A DNA stretch of 38,110 nt, taken from an uncultured bacterium (GTDB lineage Bacteria > Hydrothermota > Hydrothermia > Hydrothermales > Hydrothermaceae). The translations under genes and the position numbers were made by a program. Each line of letters opens with the position of its first letter. Positions within the stretch are counted from its first letter, which is position 1. The notes below the pieces were generated by a model. That model searched no databases and was not told the origin of the DNA. It saw only the letters and a list, made by a program, of their open reading frames with translations. This document shows positions 19,588 to 33,028 of the stretch, in pieces. The stretch covers positions 1 through 38,110 of the forward strand of contig CAZUSI010000003.1 of NCBI GenBank assembly GCA_964623395.1, given 5' to 3'.

Positions 19588-21023
19588 AAGAAATAGATTT
19601 TTCAATAGATTTTCTAATTCAAAAATATAAAAATCATGAGATTCTTCCAAGTGAAGTAATTGAAATATTCTTAAAAAGAATTAAGGAAAAAGATAAAGAA
19701 ATAAATTCTTTTATAACTCTTCTTGAAGAAAAGAGCTTTGAAAGAGCAAAAGAATTAGATAAAAAAATTAAAAATAAGGAAAATATGGGAAAACTTTTTG
19801 GTATACCTATAGGAGTAAAGGATAATATACTTGTAAAAGATGCACCATTAACTTGTGCTTCAAAAATCCTTAAAGGTTATATTGCCACTTATAATGCGAC
19901 CGCTATTGAAAAAATTTTAAAAGAGGATGCAATAATAATAGGTAAAACAAATATGGATGAATTTGCTATGGGTTCAAGCAACGAATATTCTCATTTTGGT
20001 CCTGTTCAAAATCCCTTTAAAAAAGGATATGTTCCAGGTGGTTCTTCAGGTGGTTCTGCAGCAGCAGTAGCTGCTAACTTTTGCACTTGTGCTCTTGGCT
20101 CAGATACAGGTGGTTCTGTAAGGCAACCTGCAAGTTTTTGTAATGTTGTCGGATTTAAACCCACTTATGGAAGGGTATCAAGATTTGGTCTTGTTGCATT
20201 TGCATCTTCTTGCGATCAAATAGGACCAATTACAAAAAATGTAAAGGATGCATGGACACTTTTTAAAATAATAGCAGGTTATGACCAAAAAGATAAAACA
20301 ACAATAGATTTTCCCTTAGAAGAAATACCTACTGAAAAAATTTCCTTTAAAATAGGATATCCAGAAAATTATTTAAAGGAAGGAGTTGATGATGAAATAA
20401 ATGAAAGGATTTTAGAAGTTTTGAAAGAATTTACAAAGATTAAAAATTACAAGTTAAAAAATATTGAAATAAAATCCTTTAAAATTGTGATTCCAGTATA
20501 TCATATTATAACAAGTGCAGAAGCATCTTCAAATCTTGCAAGATTTGATGGAATAAGGTATGGATTTAGAGAAAAGGGAAATGACCTTGATGAAACTTAT
20601 AAAAAAACAAGGGGGAATGGATTTGGAGAAGAAGTTTTAAGAAGGATAATAATGGGTGCCTTTGTTTTAAGAAGTGGATATTATGAAGAATATTATTTAA
20701 AGGCACAAAAGGCAAGAACTTTAATACTTGAAGAATTCATGGAGAAATTTAAAGAAGTTGATTTTATAATTACACCAACCTCACCATTTCCACCATTTAA
20801 AATAGGGGAAAAAATAAAAGACCCTTTAAAACTTTATCTTGCTGATATTTTTACAGTTTCTGCAAATTTAATAGGTGCTCCAGCAATTTCTATACCTTGT
20901 GGTAAAAATAAAGAAAATTTACCAATAGGGCTTCAAATTATGGCAAAACCCTTAGATGAACCAAGATTATTTAAATTTTCTCTTGAAATTGAAGAATTTA
21001 TAAAAGAAAAATATGGAAGCTAA
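19584..21023 (+). CDS. gatA: Asp-tRNA(Asn)/Glu-tRNA(Gln) amidotransferase subunit A
   Basis: Amidase signature: GIPIGVKDNI, GGSSGGSAAAVAA, GSDTGGSVRQPA. GTG start overlaps the gatC stop. Confidence 0.94.
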   Translation: MKEIDFSIDFLIQKYKNHEILPSEVIEIFLKRIKEKDKEINSFITLLEEKSFERAKELDKKIKNKENMGKLFGIPIGVKDNILVKDAPLTCASKILKGYIATYNATAIEKILKEDAIIIGKTNMDEFAMGSSNEYSHFGPVQNPFKKGYVPGGSSGGSAAAVAANFCTCALGSDTGGSVRQPASFCNVVGFKPTYGRVSRFGLVAFASSCDQIGPITKNVKDAWTLFKIIAGYDQKDKTTIDFPLEEIPTEKISFKIGYPENYLKEGVDDEINERILEVLKEFTKIKNYKLKNIEIKSFKIVIPVYHIITSAEASSNLARFDGIRYGFREKGNDLDETYKKTRGNGFGEEVLRRIIMGAFVLRSGYYEEYYLKAQKARTLILEEFMEKFKEVDFIITPTSPFPPFKIGEKIKDPLKLYLADIFTVSANLIGAPAISIPCGKNKENLPIGLQIMAKPLDEPRLFKFSLEIEEFIKEKYGS

Positions 21024-22401
21024 AATAGGACTTGAAATTCATGTAGAATTAAAAACAAAAAGTAAAATGTTTTGCTCTTGTAAAAATGAATATGGAGGGG
21101 AACCAAATACAAGAATATGTCCAATATGTATTGGAGAGCCTGGAACTCTTCCTTCTCCAAATAAAGAAGTCATTGAAAAAGCTTTAAAACTTGCACTTTC
21201 ATTAAATTCAAAGATAAATAAATTTTCTATATTCACAAGAAAAAATTATTTTTATCCTGATCTTCCAAAGGGATACCAAATAACTCAATATGGAATAAGT
21301 ATTGCAGAAGGAGGTTTTGTTGAAATAAATGCGAAAAAAATATTCATTGAAAGAATAAATATTGAGGAAGAAACAGCAAAATCAATTTATACTGAAAGTG
21401 GAGAAGTTCTTTTAGATTTTAATAGATGCGGAATACCTTTACTTGAAATAGTTACAGAGCCAATTATAAATTCACCAAATGAAGCAGTTATTTTTTTAAA
21501 GGAATTAAGAAAAATAATAAGATATATTGATATTTCGGATTGTGATATGGAAAAGGGAATGTATAGAGTTGATTCAAATATTTCAATCCAGGGAAATGAA
21601 AGGGTTGAGATAAAAAATTTGAATTCTTTAAAAGCTGTTTATGAAGCATTAAGTTATGAAATAGAAAGACAGAAAAAACTTCTTCAAGAAGGTAAAAAAA
21701 TTGAAAGAGAAACAAGATTATGGGACGAATTTAAAAAAGAAACAAGATCTACAAGAATTAAAGAGGAAGAATTTGATTATAGATATTTTCCAGAACCGGA
21801 TTTACCCCCTCTTTTAATAGATGAAAAGATTATTGAAGAGTTAAAAAATAATTTGCCCGAACTTCCAAATAGTAAAAAAAATAGATTTATAAAAGAATAT
21901 TCTTTAAAGGAAAAAGAAGCAGAAATACTTGTTTCAGAAATTGAACTTTCAGAATTTTTTGAAGAAACATTAAAGGAATATAATAATCCAAGAGAAGTTG
22001 CAAATTGGATTATAACAGAAATACTTGCTTATACAGAACCCGAAAATATAAAAAAACTTAAAATTTTACCTTTTGAACTTGCGATTCTTATAAAAAATGT
22101 ATGTGAAGAAAAATTTCCAAGAAATATTGGAAAAGAAATTCTAAAAAGAAAAATAAATGAGAATATAAATATTTTAGATTTGATAGAAGAGGAAAAGAAA
22201 AAAATTTTAAAAGAGGAACCACTTCTTGAAAAAATAATAAAAGAAGTTTTGAATAAAAATAAAGAGGTTGTTTTAAAATATAAAAGTGGAAAAGAAGGAG
22301 CGATAGGGTTTTTGATAGGTGAAGTAATGAAAAATTTGAAAGGGAAAGGAAATCCAAAGGAAATAAGGGAAAAAATTTTAAAAATTATTAAGGATTACTA
22401 A
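21013..22401 (+). CDS. gatB: Asp-tRNA(Asn)/Glu-tRNA(Gln) amidotransferase subunit B
   Basis: Motifs IGLEIHVEL, KMFCSC, CPICIGEPGTLP, YFYPDLPKGYQITQ, YRYFPEPDLPPL and a C-terminal GatB/YqeY tail. Confidence 0.94.
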   Translation: MEAKIGLEIHVELKTKSKMFCSCKNEYGGEPNTRICPICIGEPGTLPSPNKEVIEKALKLALSLNSKINKFSIFTRKNYFYPDLPKGYQITQYGISIAEGGFVEINAKKIFIERINIEEETAKSIYTESGEVLLDFNRCGIPLLEIVTEPIINSPNEAVIFLKELRKIIRYIDISDCDMEKGMYRVDSNISIQGNERVEIKNLNSLKAVYEALSYEIERQKKLLQEGKKIERETRLWDEFKKETRSTRIKEEEFDYRYFPEPDLPPLLIDEKIIEELKNNLPELPNSKKNRFIKEYSLKEKEAEILVSEIELSEFFEETLKEYNNPREVANWIITEILAYTEPENIKKLKILPFELAILIKNVCEEKFPRNIGKEILKRKINENINILDLIEEEKKKILKEEPLLEKIIKEVLNKNKEVVLKYKSGKEGAIGFLIGEVMKNLKGKGNPKEIREKILKIIKDY

Positions 22402-22606
22402 TCTTTTTCTTTTCTAATTTTTCCCTTATTGGTCTTAAAAATTCTTCTTCGGTTATAAAGGGATTTACTCTTAATGCCTTTTCAATTATTTTCCTCCTCT
22501 CTTCTTCTGTCTGAGCCATCAAATATTTTTTTCTCAATTTAACAATTTTTTCCCTTCTTTTTCTTCTTCTTTTAAGCTCGGTAACATGCAATCTTCCCTT
22601 TGGCAT
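22388..22606 (-). CDS. Small (72 aa) highly basic hypothetical protein
   Basis: ATG at 22606 preceded by AGGAGGG at optimal spacing, overlapping the upstream gene's stop. Sequence MPKGRLHVTELKRRRKRREKIVKLRKKY... is Arg/Lys/Glu-rich and helical-looking. I cannot name a family with confidence. Confidence 0.55.
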   Translation of the reverse strand: MPKGRLHVTELKRRRKRREKIVKLRKKYLMAQTEEERRKIIEKALRVNPFITEEEFLRPIREKLEKKKISNP

Positions 22607-22614
22607 TTTCCCTC

Positions 22615-23718
22615 CTATTTAAAAATTAAAGTAGCATAACTTACTATTGAATCTGTAAAACTCTCATAATATTTTTTATAATCAACAATTTCACCCTTTT
22701 TTGCACCGAGAAGTTTAAGAAGTTCAATAAAAAGAAAATTTGTATAAACACCATCAATTTTTGTAAAATTTTTATTTTTTTCAATAAAATCAAAGGCATT
22801 TTCATTTTCAAAATTTTTTAAATATTCAATATATTTAAGGTCAATTTCAGTTGTATCAAAAGAATTTTCATCCCCAAATTTTTTACCAACATGACTTAGA
22901 TCAACACTTGATATTAAAAATATATCTTCTTTAAATAAATTGAGGGATTCAAAAATTACATTTGCTATTTTTTTCAAATTCTCTTTTTCGCTTTTTGAAA
23001 CAAGAGATGGAACTATATAAAAATTTTCTTTTATAAGTGAAAGAAAAATTATTGGAAATTCAACTGAGTGCTCATTTTTAAAGGCAATAATATCTTTAAA
23101 AATATCAAATTCAAATTTATTTTTAAAATTTTTAATAATTTCTTCCTTTACTTCTATTATTTTGTCTAAAAATTTGTAATTCTTTGGAAAAACGGAGAAA
23201 ACATTTTCTGAATAAAAATGAGGAACACCGAGGATTAAAAATATTTTTTTATCCAAATTTTTTAAATATGAATAGGATTTTAAATAAGTATCAAATGCAA
23301 CATTTATATCAATATGCGGAACCATCATTCCTTTTATATCAGAAGATTTAAATTCATTTTTTTCAATCTCTTTTTTTATTTTTTCAAAATCAAAACTAAA
23401 TTTTATTTCTTTAAAGGGAATTTCCATCATTTTAATTTTTTCTTCTTCAATCTTTTTTAAAAAATTTTCATTTAAAAATATACAATTTTTATCCATTTCA
23501 TTAATAAAATTTATGATTTCAAAATCAGAAAGTATTATACCTGTATTTCTCAAAAATTTTGACTTTATATCTTCTATTTTTTCCTCACCATCAATCATTG
23601 AAAAAAGTAAAAAAGATTCTCTATTCAATATCATTTCTTTTGAAATACCAAGCGGATCTTTTATCAAAAACTTATTTTCAAAAGGAATTATTTCTAAATT
23701 TCTTATTTTAAAGGGCAC
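22615..23718 (-). CDS. Memo-like protein (AmmeMemoRadiSam system protein B family) with an extra N-terminal PqqD-like domain
   Basis: The C-terminal ~270 aa match the Memo pattern: MVPHIDINVA (cf. PHAGY), LILGVPHF, NEHSVEFPIIFL (cf. EHSLE..LPFL), SSVDLSHVGKKFGD (cf. SSDLSHY), SIVSYATLIF. GTG start with no SD, 11 nt after tRNA-Lys; the start is uncertain. Confidence 0.7.
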   Translation of the reverse strand: MPFKIRNLEIIPFENKFLIKDPLGISKEMILNRESFLLFSMIDGEEKIEDIKSKFLRNTGIILSDFEIINFINEMDKNCIFLNENFLKKIEEEKIKMMEIPFKEIKFSFDFEKIKKEIEKNEFKSSDIKGMMVPHIDINVAFDTYLKSYSYLKNLDKKIFLILGVPHFYSENVFSVFPKNYKFLDKIIEVKEEIIKNFKNKFEFDIFKDIIAFKNEHSVEFPIIFLSLIKENFYIVPSLVSKSEKENLKKIANVIFESLNLFKEDIFLISSVDLSHVGKKFGDENSFDTTEIDLKYIEYLKNFENENAFDFIEKNKNFTKIDGVYTNFLFIELLKLLGAKKGEIVDYKKYYESFTDSIVSYATLIFK

Positions 23719-23729
23719 TTTCTAAGAAA

Positions 23730-23802
23730 TGGGCCATGGAGGATTCGAACCTCCGACCCCCGGATTAAAAATCCGGTGCTCTGCCACCTGAGCTAATGGC
23801 CC
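23730..23802 (-). tRNA. tRNA-Lys (TTT)
   Basis: Hand-folded 73-nt cloverleaf on the minus strand: acceptor GGGCCAT/ATGGCCC, D stem GCTC/GAGC, anticodon stem CCGGA/TCCGG, loop TTTTTAA, T arm GGAGG-TTCGAAT-CCTCC, discriminator A. Confidence 0.92.
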
Positions 23803-23817
23803 AAAATAAAGTTTATT

Positions 23818-23846
23818 ATTATAAAGAAAATTTAAATGGAAATCAA
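23818..23846 (-). promoter_or_regulatory. Sigma-70-type promoter candidate for tRNA-Lys (and the downstream Memo-like gene)
   Basis: On the minus strand: TTGATT (23846-23841), 17-nt spacer, TATAAT (23823-23818), 15 nt upstream of the tRNA 5' end. Confidence 0.45.
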
Positions 23847-23852
23847 ATTAAC

Positions 23853-23881
23853 TTGACAATTTTAAAATTTTCTTGTATTTT
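23853..23881 (+). promoter_or_regulatory. Sigma-70-type promoter candidate for the Clp chaperone gene
   Basis: TTGACA (23853-23858), 17-nt spacer, TATTTT (23876-23881). GAGGTGG SD precedes the ATG at 23908. No CIRCE or CtsR-box-like repeat noticed. Confidence 0.45.
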
Positions 23882-23907
23882 TTAGAAAAACTTTTTGAGG
23901 TGGAAAA

Positions 23908-26297
23908 ATGAGGATTGATAAGTTTACTGAAGGTGCAAAAGAGGCAATTGCAAAAGCACAAGAACTTTTAATTAAACTTAAAAATTCTCAACTTGATGTT
24001 GAGCATTTATTTTATTCTCTTTTAGATGAGAATAGTGTTGTTTCAGAAATTTTTAAAAAATTATCTATTCCCATTTATATAGTTAGAGAGAGAATTTTAA
24101 AAAATTTAAAAAATTTACCATCCTTTGAAAAAGGGAGTTTTTCACCTTTGCAAATTTATATAACACCAAGACTACAAAGAGTATTTGAAATTGCTGAAGA
24201 AGAAGCAAAAAGGTTAAACGATGAGTATATTGCTCAGGAACACTTTTTCCTTGCAATGAGTGAAATTCCTGATGGTGAAACAGGAAAAATTTTTAGAGAT
24301 TACAATATTGATAAGGAAAAGATTTATAGAGCACTTTATGAAATAAGGGGAACACAAAAGGTTTCTGACCCATCTGCAGAGGCAAAATATAAAGCACTTG
24401 AAAAGTATACAACTGATTTAACAAAACTTGCAAAAGAGGGAAAAATTGACCCTGTTATTGGAAGAGAAGAAGAAATGACAAGAGTGATGCAAATACTTTT
24501 AAGAAAAACAAAAAACAATCCTGTTTTAATAGGTGAACCGGGTGTTGGTAAAACTGCAATTGTTTATGGAATAGCACAAAAGATAATATCTGGCATTGTT
24601 CCTGATGCCTTAAAAAATAAAAGAATTCTTGCACTTGATATGGGAGCGCTTGTTGCAGGTAGTAAATTTAGGGGAGAATTTGAGGAAAGATTAAAAATTG
24701 TTATAGAAGAAGTTAAAAGAAAAAAGGATGAAATAATACTATTTATTGATGAGATTCATACGCTTGTAGGAGCAGGTGCTGCTGAAGGTGCAATTGATGC
24801 TGCAAATTTATTAAAACCATCACTTGCTTCTGGAGAAATAAGGGTTATAGGAGCAACAACACTTGATGAATACAGAAAATATATTGAAAAAGATGGTGCT
24901 CTTGAAAGGAGATTTCAACCTGTTTATGTAAGGGAACCAACCATAGAGGAAACAATTGAAATATTAAAGGGATTAAAATCAAGATATGAAAATTTTCATA
25001 AAGTAAAGATAAAAGAGAATGCTCTAATTGCGAGTGCAAAACTTTCTGCAAAATATCTTTCTGGAAGAAAACTTCCTGATAAGGCAATAGACCTTCTTGA
25101 TGAAGCATGCAGTTATACAAAAATGAAATTTTCTGAAATGCCTGAAGATTTAAAATCTTTAAAAAAAGAAATTGAAAAACTTGAGGAAGAAGGAAAAATA
25201 AGTATTGAATATGGAAATGAAACAAGAGCAAAGGAAATAAAGGAAAAATTGGAACATTATAAAAAAATATTTGAAGAAAGGAAAAGGGAATGGGAAAAAA
25301 GTGTAAAAATTGATGATGTTGTTGATGAAAATGATATTGCTTTAGTTGTTTCAAAACAGACGGGCATACCTGCTATTAATTTACTTGAAGATGAAGCAAA
25401 AAAACTTTTAAGAATTGAAGAAGAACTTAAAAAGAAAGTAATAGGGCAGGATAAGGCAATTGAAGCAATTGCAAATGCAATAAGGAGAACAAGAAGCGGA
25501 ATAAGTGCCTATGAAAAACCTATTGGTGTATTTTTATTCTTAGGACCAACAGGCGTTGGTAAAACTCATCTTGCTAAAAAACTTGCAGAATTTCTCTTTA
25601 ATGATGAAAATGCCCTTATAAGAATTGATATGTCTGAATATATGGAAAAACATGCAGTTTCCCGATTGATAGGCGCTCCTCCAGGATATGTAGGATATGA
25701 GGAAGGGGGAACACTTACAGAAGCAATTAGGAGAAGACCATACCAAGTAATTCTTTTTGATGAAATAGAAAAGGCACATCCTGAAGTTTTAAACATTTTA
25801 TTACAGGTATTCGATGCAGGAAGATTGACTGATGCTCAAGGACACATTGTAGATTTCAGAAATACAATAATAATAATGACATCAAACATTGCAGGTGAAA
25901 AACTTATAAATGGAGAAAGAAGTTATGATGAAAGATATTTAATTGCAATGCAAGAAATAAGAGAATATTTTAAACCTGAATTCTTAAATAGAATTGATGA
26001 AATAATTCTTTTTAACCCATTGAAGGAGAAAGATATTTTAAAAATAATTGAACTTTTACTTGAACAAATTAAAGAAAATTTGAGAGAATTAGGCATTAAT
26101 ATTGAAATTAGTGACTCAGCAAAATTATTTATTTTACAGAGAGGATATGATCCAAATTATGGTGCAAGACCTTTAAAAAGAACCATATCAAGGTATATTG
26201 AAAATGAAATAGCAAAAATGATAATAGAGGGAAAAGTTAAAAAAGGTAATAAGATAAAGATTGATGAAAAGAACGGAATTTTGAATTTTGAAGTAGT

Positions 26298-26301
<4 letters not shown>
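23908..26301 (+). CDS. Clp/Hsp100 AAA+ chaperone (ClpB/ClpC family: Clp_N repeats, two AAA+ modules, short middle domain)
   Basis: Walker [10 protein letters not shown] and GPTGVGKTH. Walker B ILFIDEIH and [11 protein letters not shown]. Also [16 protein letters not shown] and GARPLKR. 797 aa. Confidence 0.92.
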
Positions 26302-29716
<3,415 letters not shown>

Positions 29717-29730
<14 letters not shown>

Positions 29731-31930
29731 AAACCAAAACCTCGTACACAAGTCTTAAAGGATGATTTTTAAAATAAAATTCCCCATCCTCTTTAATTTC
29801 AATTTCTTCAGGCACCTGCAAAATAAGTCCCCTTTCCTTATCTATTTCATCAAGTAAATCAGTACCAATTACTCTTATCTTTATACCTTTTAAGGGAAAA
29901 TCAAAAAACCAGAATTCTTCAAGTGTATCCAAATAAAATTTAATTCTTTCAAAAATATCCTTTTCCTCACATTCAATATCCCAATCAGATGAATTTAATA
30001 AGAATGATAAAAAAGTTACTGAATCTATATATATTAAAGAATTAAGGGGATCCTTTCCCTGTGCAAGTAGATTTGCTATATTTATTGCAGGACCTGCTGC
30101 ATCTATATCACCAAAACTATTATAATTTATAAAAATATCTTTATCAGGTTTTCCACCTGCAATACCTATTCCTATCCTAAAAAGTGCTTTTAAAGGTGGA
30201 TAATTTTCAACAACATCTGGGAACCAATCTCTATATTTTGAATAATTATTTCTTATAAATTCAAGAGATTTCTTATACATATCCCTTGCACATAAAATTG
30301 CTTTTACAGGAACCTCCCCTGAAGGAAGAATTTCAATTTCCTTTTCAAAAAGTTTTGGAATCCTTAAATTTCTTCCTTTTGGAAGTGTTGCTTCTTCAAA
30401 GATATTTTCAAAAATTTCATTTGAATTTTTACAAAATAGGATTATACCGCCATCACCAAGATCCTTTAAGGGAAATCCTCCATATTTTTTAATTATTGAA
30501 AGCATCTCCTTATTAAATTCATTTTTTATATAAAATTCCTTCGCAGGGTCTTTTAATTTAAGTGACATAAATGTTGAACCTCTTATATCGTAAACAAGAA
30601 CACAAATAATTTCTTTAAATTTTTGATAAAGATTTTGTGGAATTTCAAAGGGCAATGAAAATTTTAAATTTTCTAAATCTTTTAAGATATAATACTCACC
30701 CTTTGGTAATTTCTGAAAAGCTATCCAATAAGAAATATCCTTTAAGTTTTCATCATTAACTTCATAAGGCACTATTTTTACAAATTTGGTTAAAAGAGAA
30801 ATAATAAGATTTGGTATAAGTAATTCTTCAAAGAAATAAGAAAGTTCTTTTTCAAATTCTACAAAATCCATTTCAAGTTTTATAAATCCTTTTTTTATAA
30901 AATCTTCAAGTAATTCATAATTCTTTTTTTCTTTTTTCTTATAAAGATAATATTCAAAAAATATACTTTCAAAATTTCTTTTAAATTTTATATCATCCTT
31001 TAAAATATTTTTTTTAACTTCTTCCCACTCTTTAATTAATATATAAAAAGAAGGTAAACCATAAGAAGGTTCTTTAAGGGCAATTTCTTTAAATTTTTCT
31101 TCATATTCTTTTTTAACTTTTTGAATAGCATTATAATCGCTTAAAATTATTCCAAAAGAACGAAGCCACTTTGCGCTTTTTTCTTTTATATAAGGCAAGA
31201 AAAGGTTTAATTTCTTCTTTGAAACTATCTCCTTTAATTCTTTTGAAAAATCTTCCAGTTCTATATTTAAACTTTCCCTTAAATCATCAATTAATTTTTT
31301 TTCCTGAATTTCTATATTTTTAAAAAATAAATCATTTTCTTTAGAAATTTTTATACTTTCGATATTTTTCTCAAATTTAATTCTATATTTTTCAGGAATT
31401 GTAAAACCGGTTAGATATTTTGAAATATTCTCTTTATCATTCATAATTATGTCTTTAAAATAAAAATCAACATAAAAAGTATGAAGTATCTTTAAGAGAT
31501 CTAAAAATTTTTCGGGAATTTTCTCTGGTAAATTTTCTGCATTTAGAAGGTAAGAAATAAATTCCTTTAAAGATTTATCTTTGAAAATTGAAAGAATTTT
31601 CTCTTTATACTTTTTTATATCCTCTTCTTTAAATTTTAAATTTTTCAATTTAATTAGAAATAAAAAATAAACAAATTTTTCTTCTTCACTGATTCTATCA
31701 CCTGAATTTATTAAATGTGTCAAAAAATCTTCAAAACTTTTTGATTCATAAGTTTCAATCACAAAAATCTTTGGTCTTTCATCACTTTCAAAAAAGAAAC
31801 TTTTATTCTTAATTTTTTCAGAAATATATTTTTTAAAGAAATTTAACTCTTCTTCATTCCATAAATTTTCAAAATTTTTTATCTTTAAAGAAAAGGGGAT
31901 TAAAGATTTTTCTAAGTAAGGGGTGAGCAA
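29717..31930 (-). CDS. Hypothetical 737-aa protein: unknown N-terminal ~440 aa plus a diverged class III nucleotidyl cyclase-like domain
   Basis: Uninterrupted 737-codon ORF tightly coupled to pilT (2-nt gap) and the GGDEF gene (14-nt overlap). Cyclase-like strings: VLVYDIRGSTFMS, LKDLGDGGIILF, FRIGIGIAGG, GDIDAAGPAINIAN. TTG start. Confidence 0.6.
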
Positions 31931-31932
31931 TT

Positions 31933-33009
31933 TTACTTCGTAATCGGTGTTTTTTCCCTTATCATCCTTTCAAGTTCATCAGGGTCTCTTGAAAAAGAAA
32001 GAGCAGTTTCAAGTGTTATTTTCCTTTGCATATATAATTTATAAAGGGATTGATTCATAGTTTGCATACCATATTTCTGCCCTGCCTGCATTAATGAATA
32101 GATCTGGTGAGTCTTATTGTCTCTTATCATTGCTCTAACAGCAGGAGTAGCAACAAGAACCTCACAGGCTAAAACTCTTCCTCCACCAATCTTTGGAAGA
32201 AGTGCCTGTGTAATAATTCCTAAAAGAACAAAGGAAAGCTGTGTTCTTACCTGTTGCTGTTGGTGAGGAGGAAAAACATCTATAATCCTGTTTATTGCTT
32301 CAACTGCTGAATTTGTATGAAGTGTAGCAAGGGTAAGATGGCCTGTTTCAGAAATTATAAGGGCTGATTCAATTGTTTCAAGATCCCTCATCTCACCTAT
32401 CATAACAACATCGGGATCCTGTCTCAAAGCATATTTTAAAGCCCTTGCAAAACTCTTTGTATCTGACTCAACTTGCCTTTGTGTTATATATGCCTTTTTA
32501 TTCGCAAATAGATATTCTATTGGATCCTCAATTGTTAAAATATGGCATCTTCTTTCATTGTTTATCTTTTCAATTATTGAAGCAAGTGTTGTAGATTTAC
32601 CATGACCTGTAGGACCTGTAACGAGGACAAGCCCTTTTGTTCTTGAAGCAAATTCTTCAACAACAGGAGGAAGACCAAGTTCTTCAAAATTCCTAATTTT
32701 ATAAGGAATTGTTCTTATTGCTATACTTATTGAGCCTCTCTGTTTATAAGCATTTGCCCTGAAACGAGAAAGACCTGTTATACCAAAAGAGAAATCAACC
32801 TCCCATTCCTCCTCAAGTTTTTTCTTCTGCTCATCTGTCATAACAGAATAAACAAGTTGCTGTGCTTCTTCTTTTGTAAGAACATCATAATTTGATGGAA
32901 CAAGCACACCATCTATTCTAAAAAGTGGAGGCGAACCTGCTGAAATATGAAGGTCAGTTGCCCCCCTATGAACCATCTCCTCTAATAACTGTTTCATTGT
33001 AACCGGCAT
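31933..33009 (-). CDS. pilT: Type IV pilus retraction ATPase PilT
   Basis: Walker A GPTGHGKSTT, Walker B DVVMIGEMRD, His box TGHLTLATLHTN, PilT signature AVRAMIRDNK. AGGAGG SD. 358 aa. Confidence 0.92.
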   Translation of the reverse strand: MPVTMKQLLEEMVHRGATDLHISAGSPPLFRIDGVLVPSNYDVLTKEEAQQLVYSVMTDEQKKKLEEEWEVDFSFGITGLSRFRANAYKQRGSISIAIRTIPYKIRNFEELGLPPVVEEFASRTKGLVLVTGPTGHGKSTTLASIIEKINNERRCHILTIEDPIEYLFANKKAYITQRQVESDTKSFARALKYALRQDPDVVMIGEMRDLETIESALIISETGHLTLATLHTNSAVEAINRIIDVFPPHQQQQVRTQLSFVLLGIITQALLPKIGGGRVLACEVLVATPAVRAMIRDNKTHQIYSLMQAGQKYGMQTMNQSLYKLYMQRKITLETALSFSRDPDELERMIREKTPITK

Positions 33010-33028
33010 ATTAACCTCCTTTAAATTT

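Noticed and set aside
24845-25354. 169-aa minus-strand ORF inside the Clp chaperone gene
   Set aside because: It is antisense to a well-supported AAA+ coding region. Its composition (L/F/Q/H-rich) mirrors the K/E-rich sense frame, and it has no independent signals.
29731-29751. TTG-extended start of the GGDEF gene given by the ORF track (MCTRFWF...)
   Set aside because: The extension adds a Cys/Trp/Phe-rich heptapeptide with a rare start codon and a 35-nt overlap. The ATG at 29730 gives the 14-nt overlap also seen at two other junctions in this window (9899-9912 and 5309-5322).
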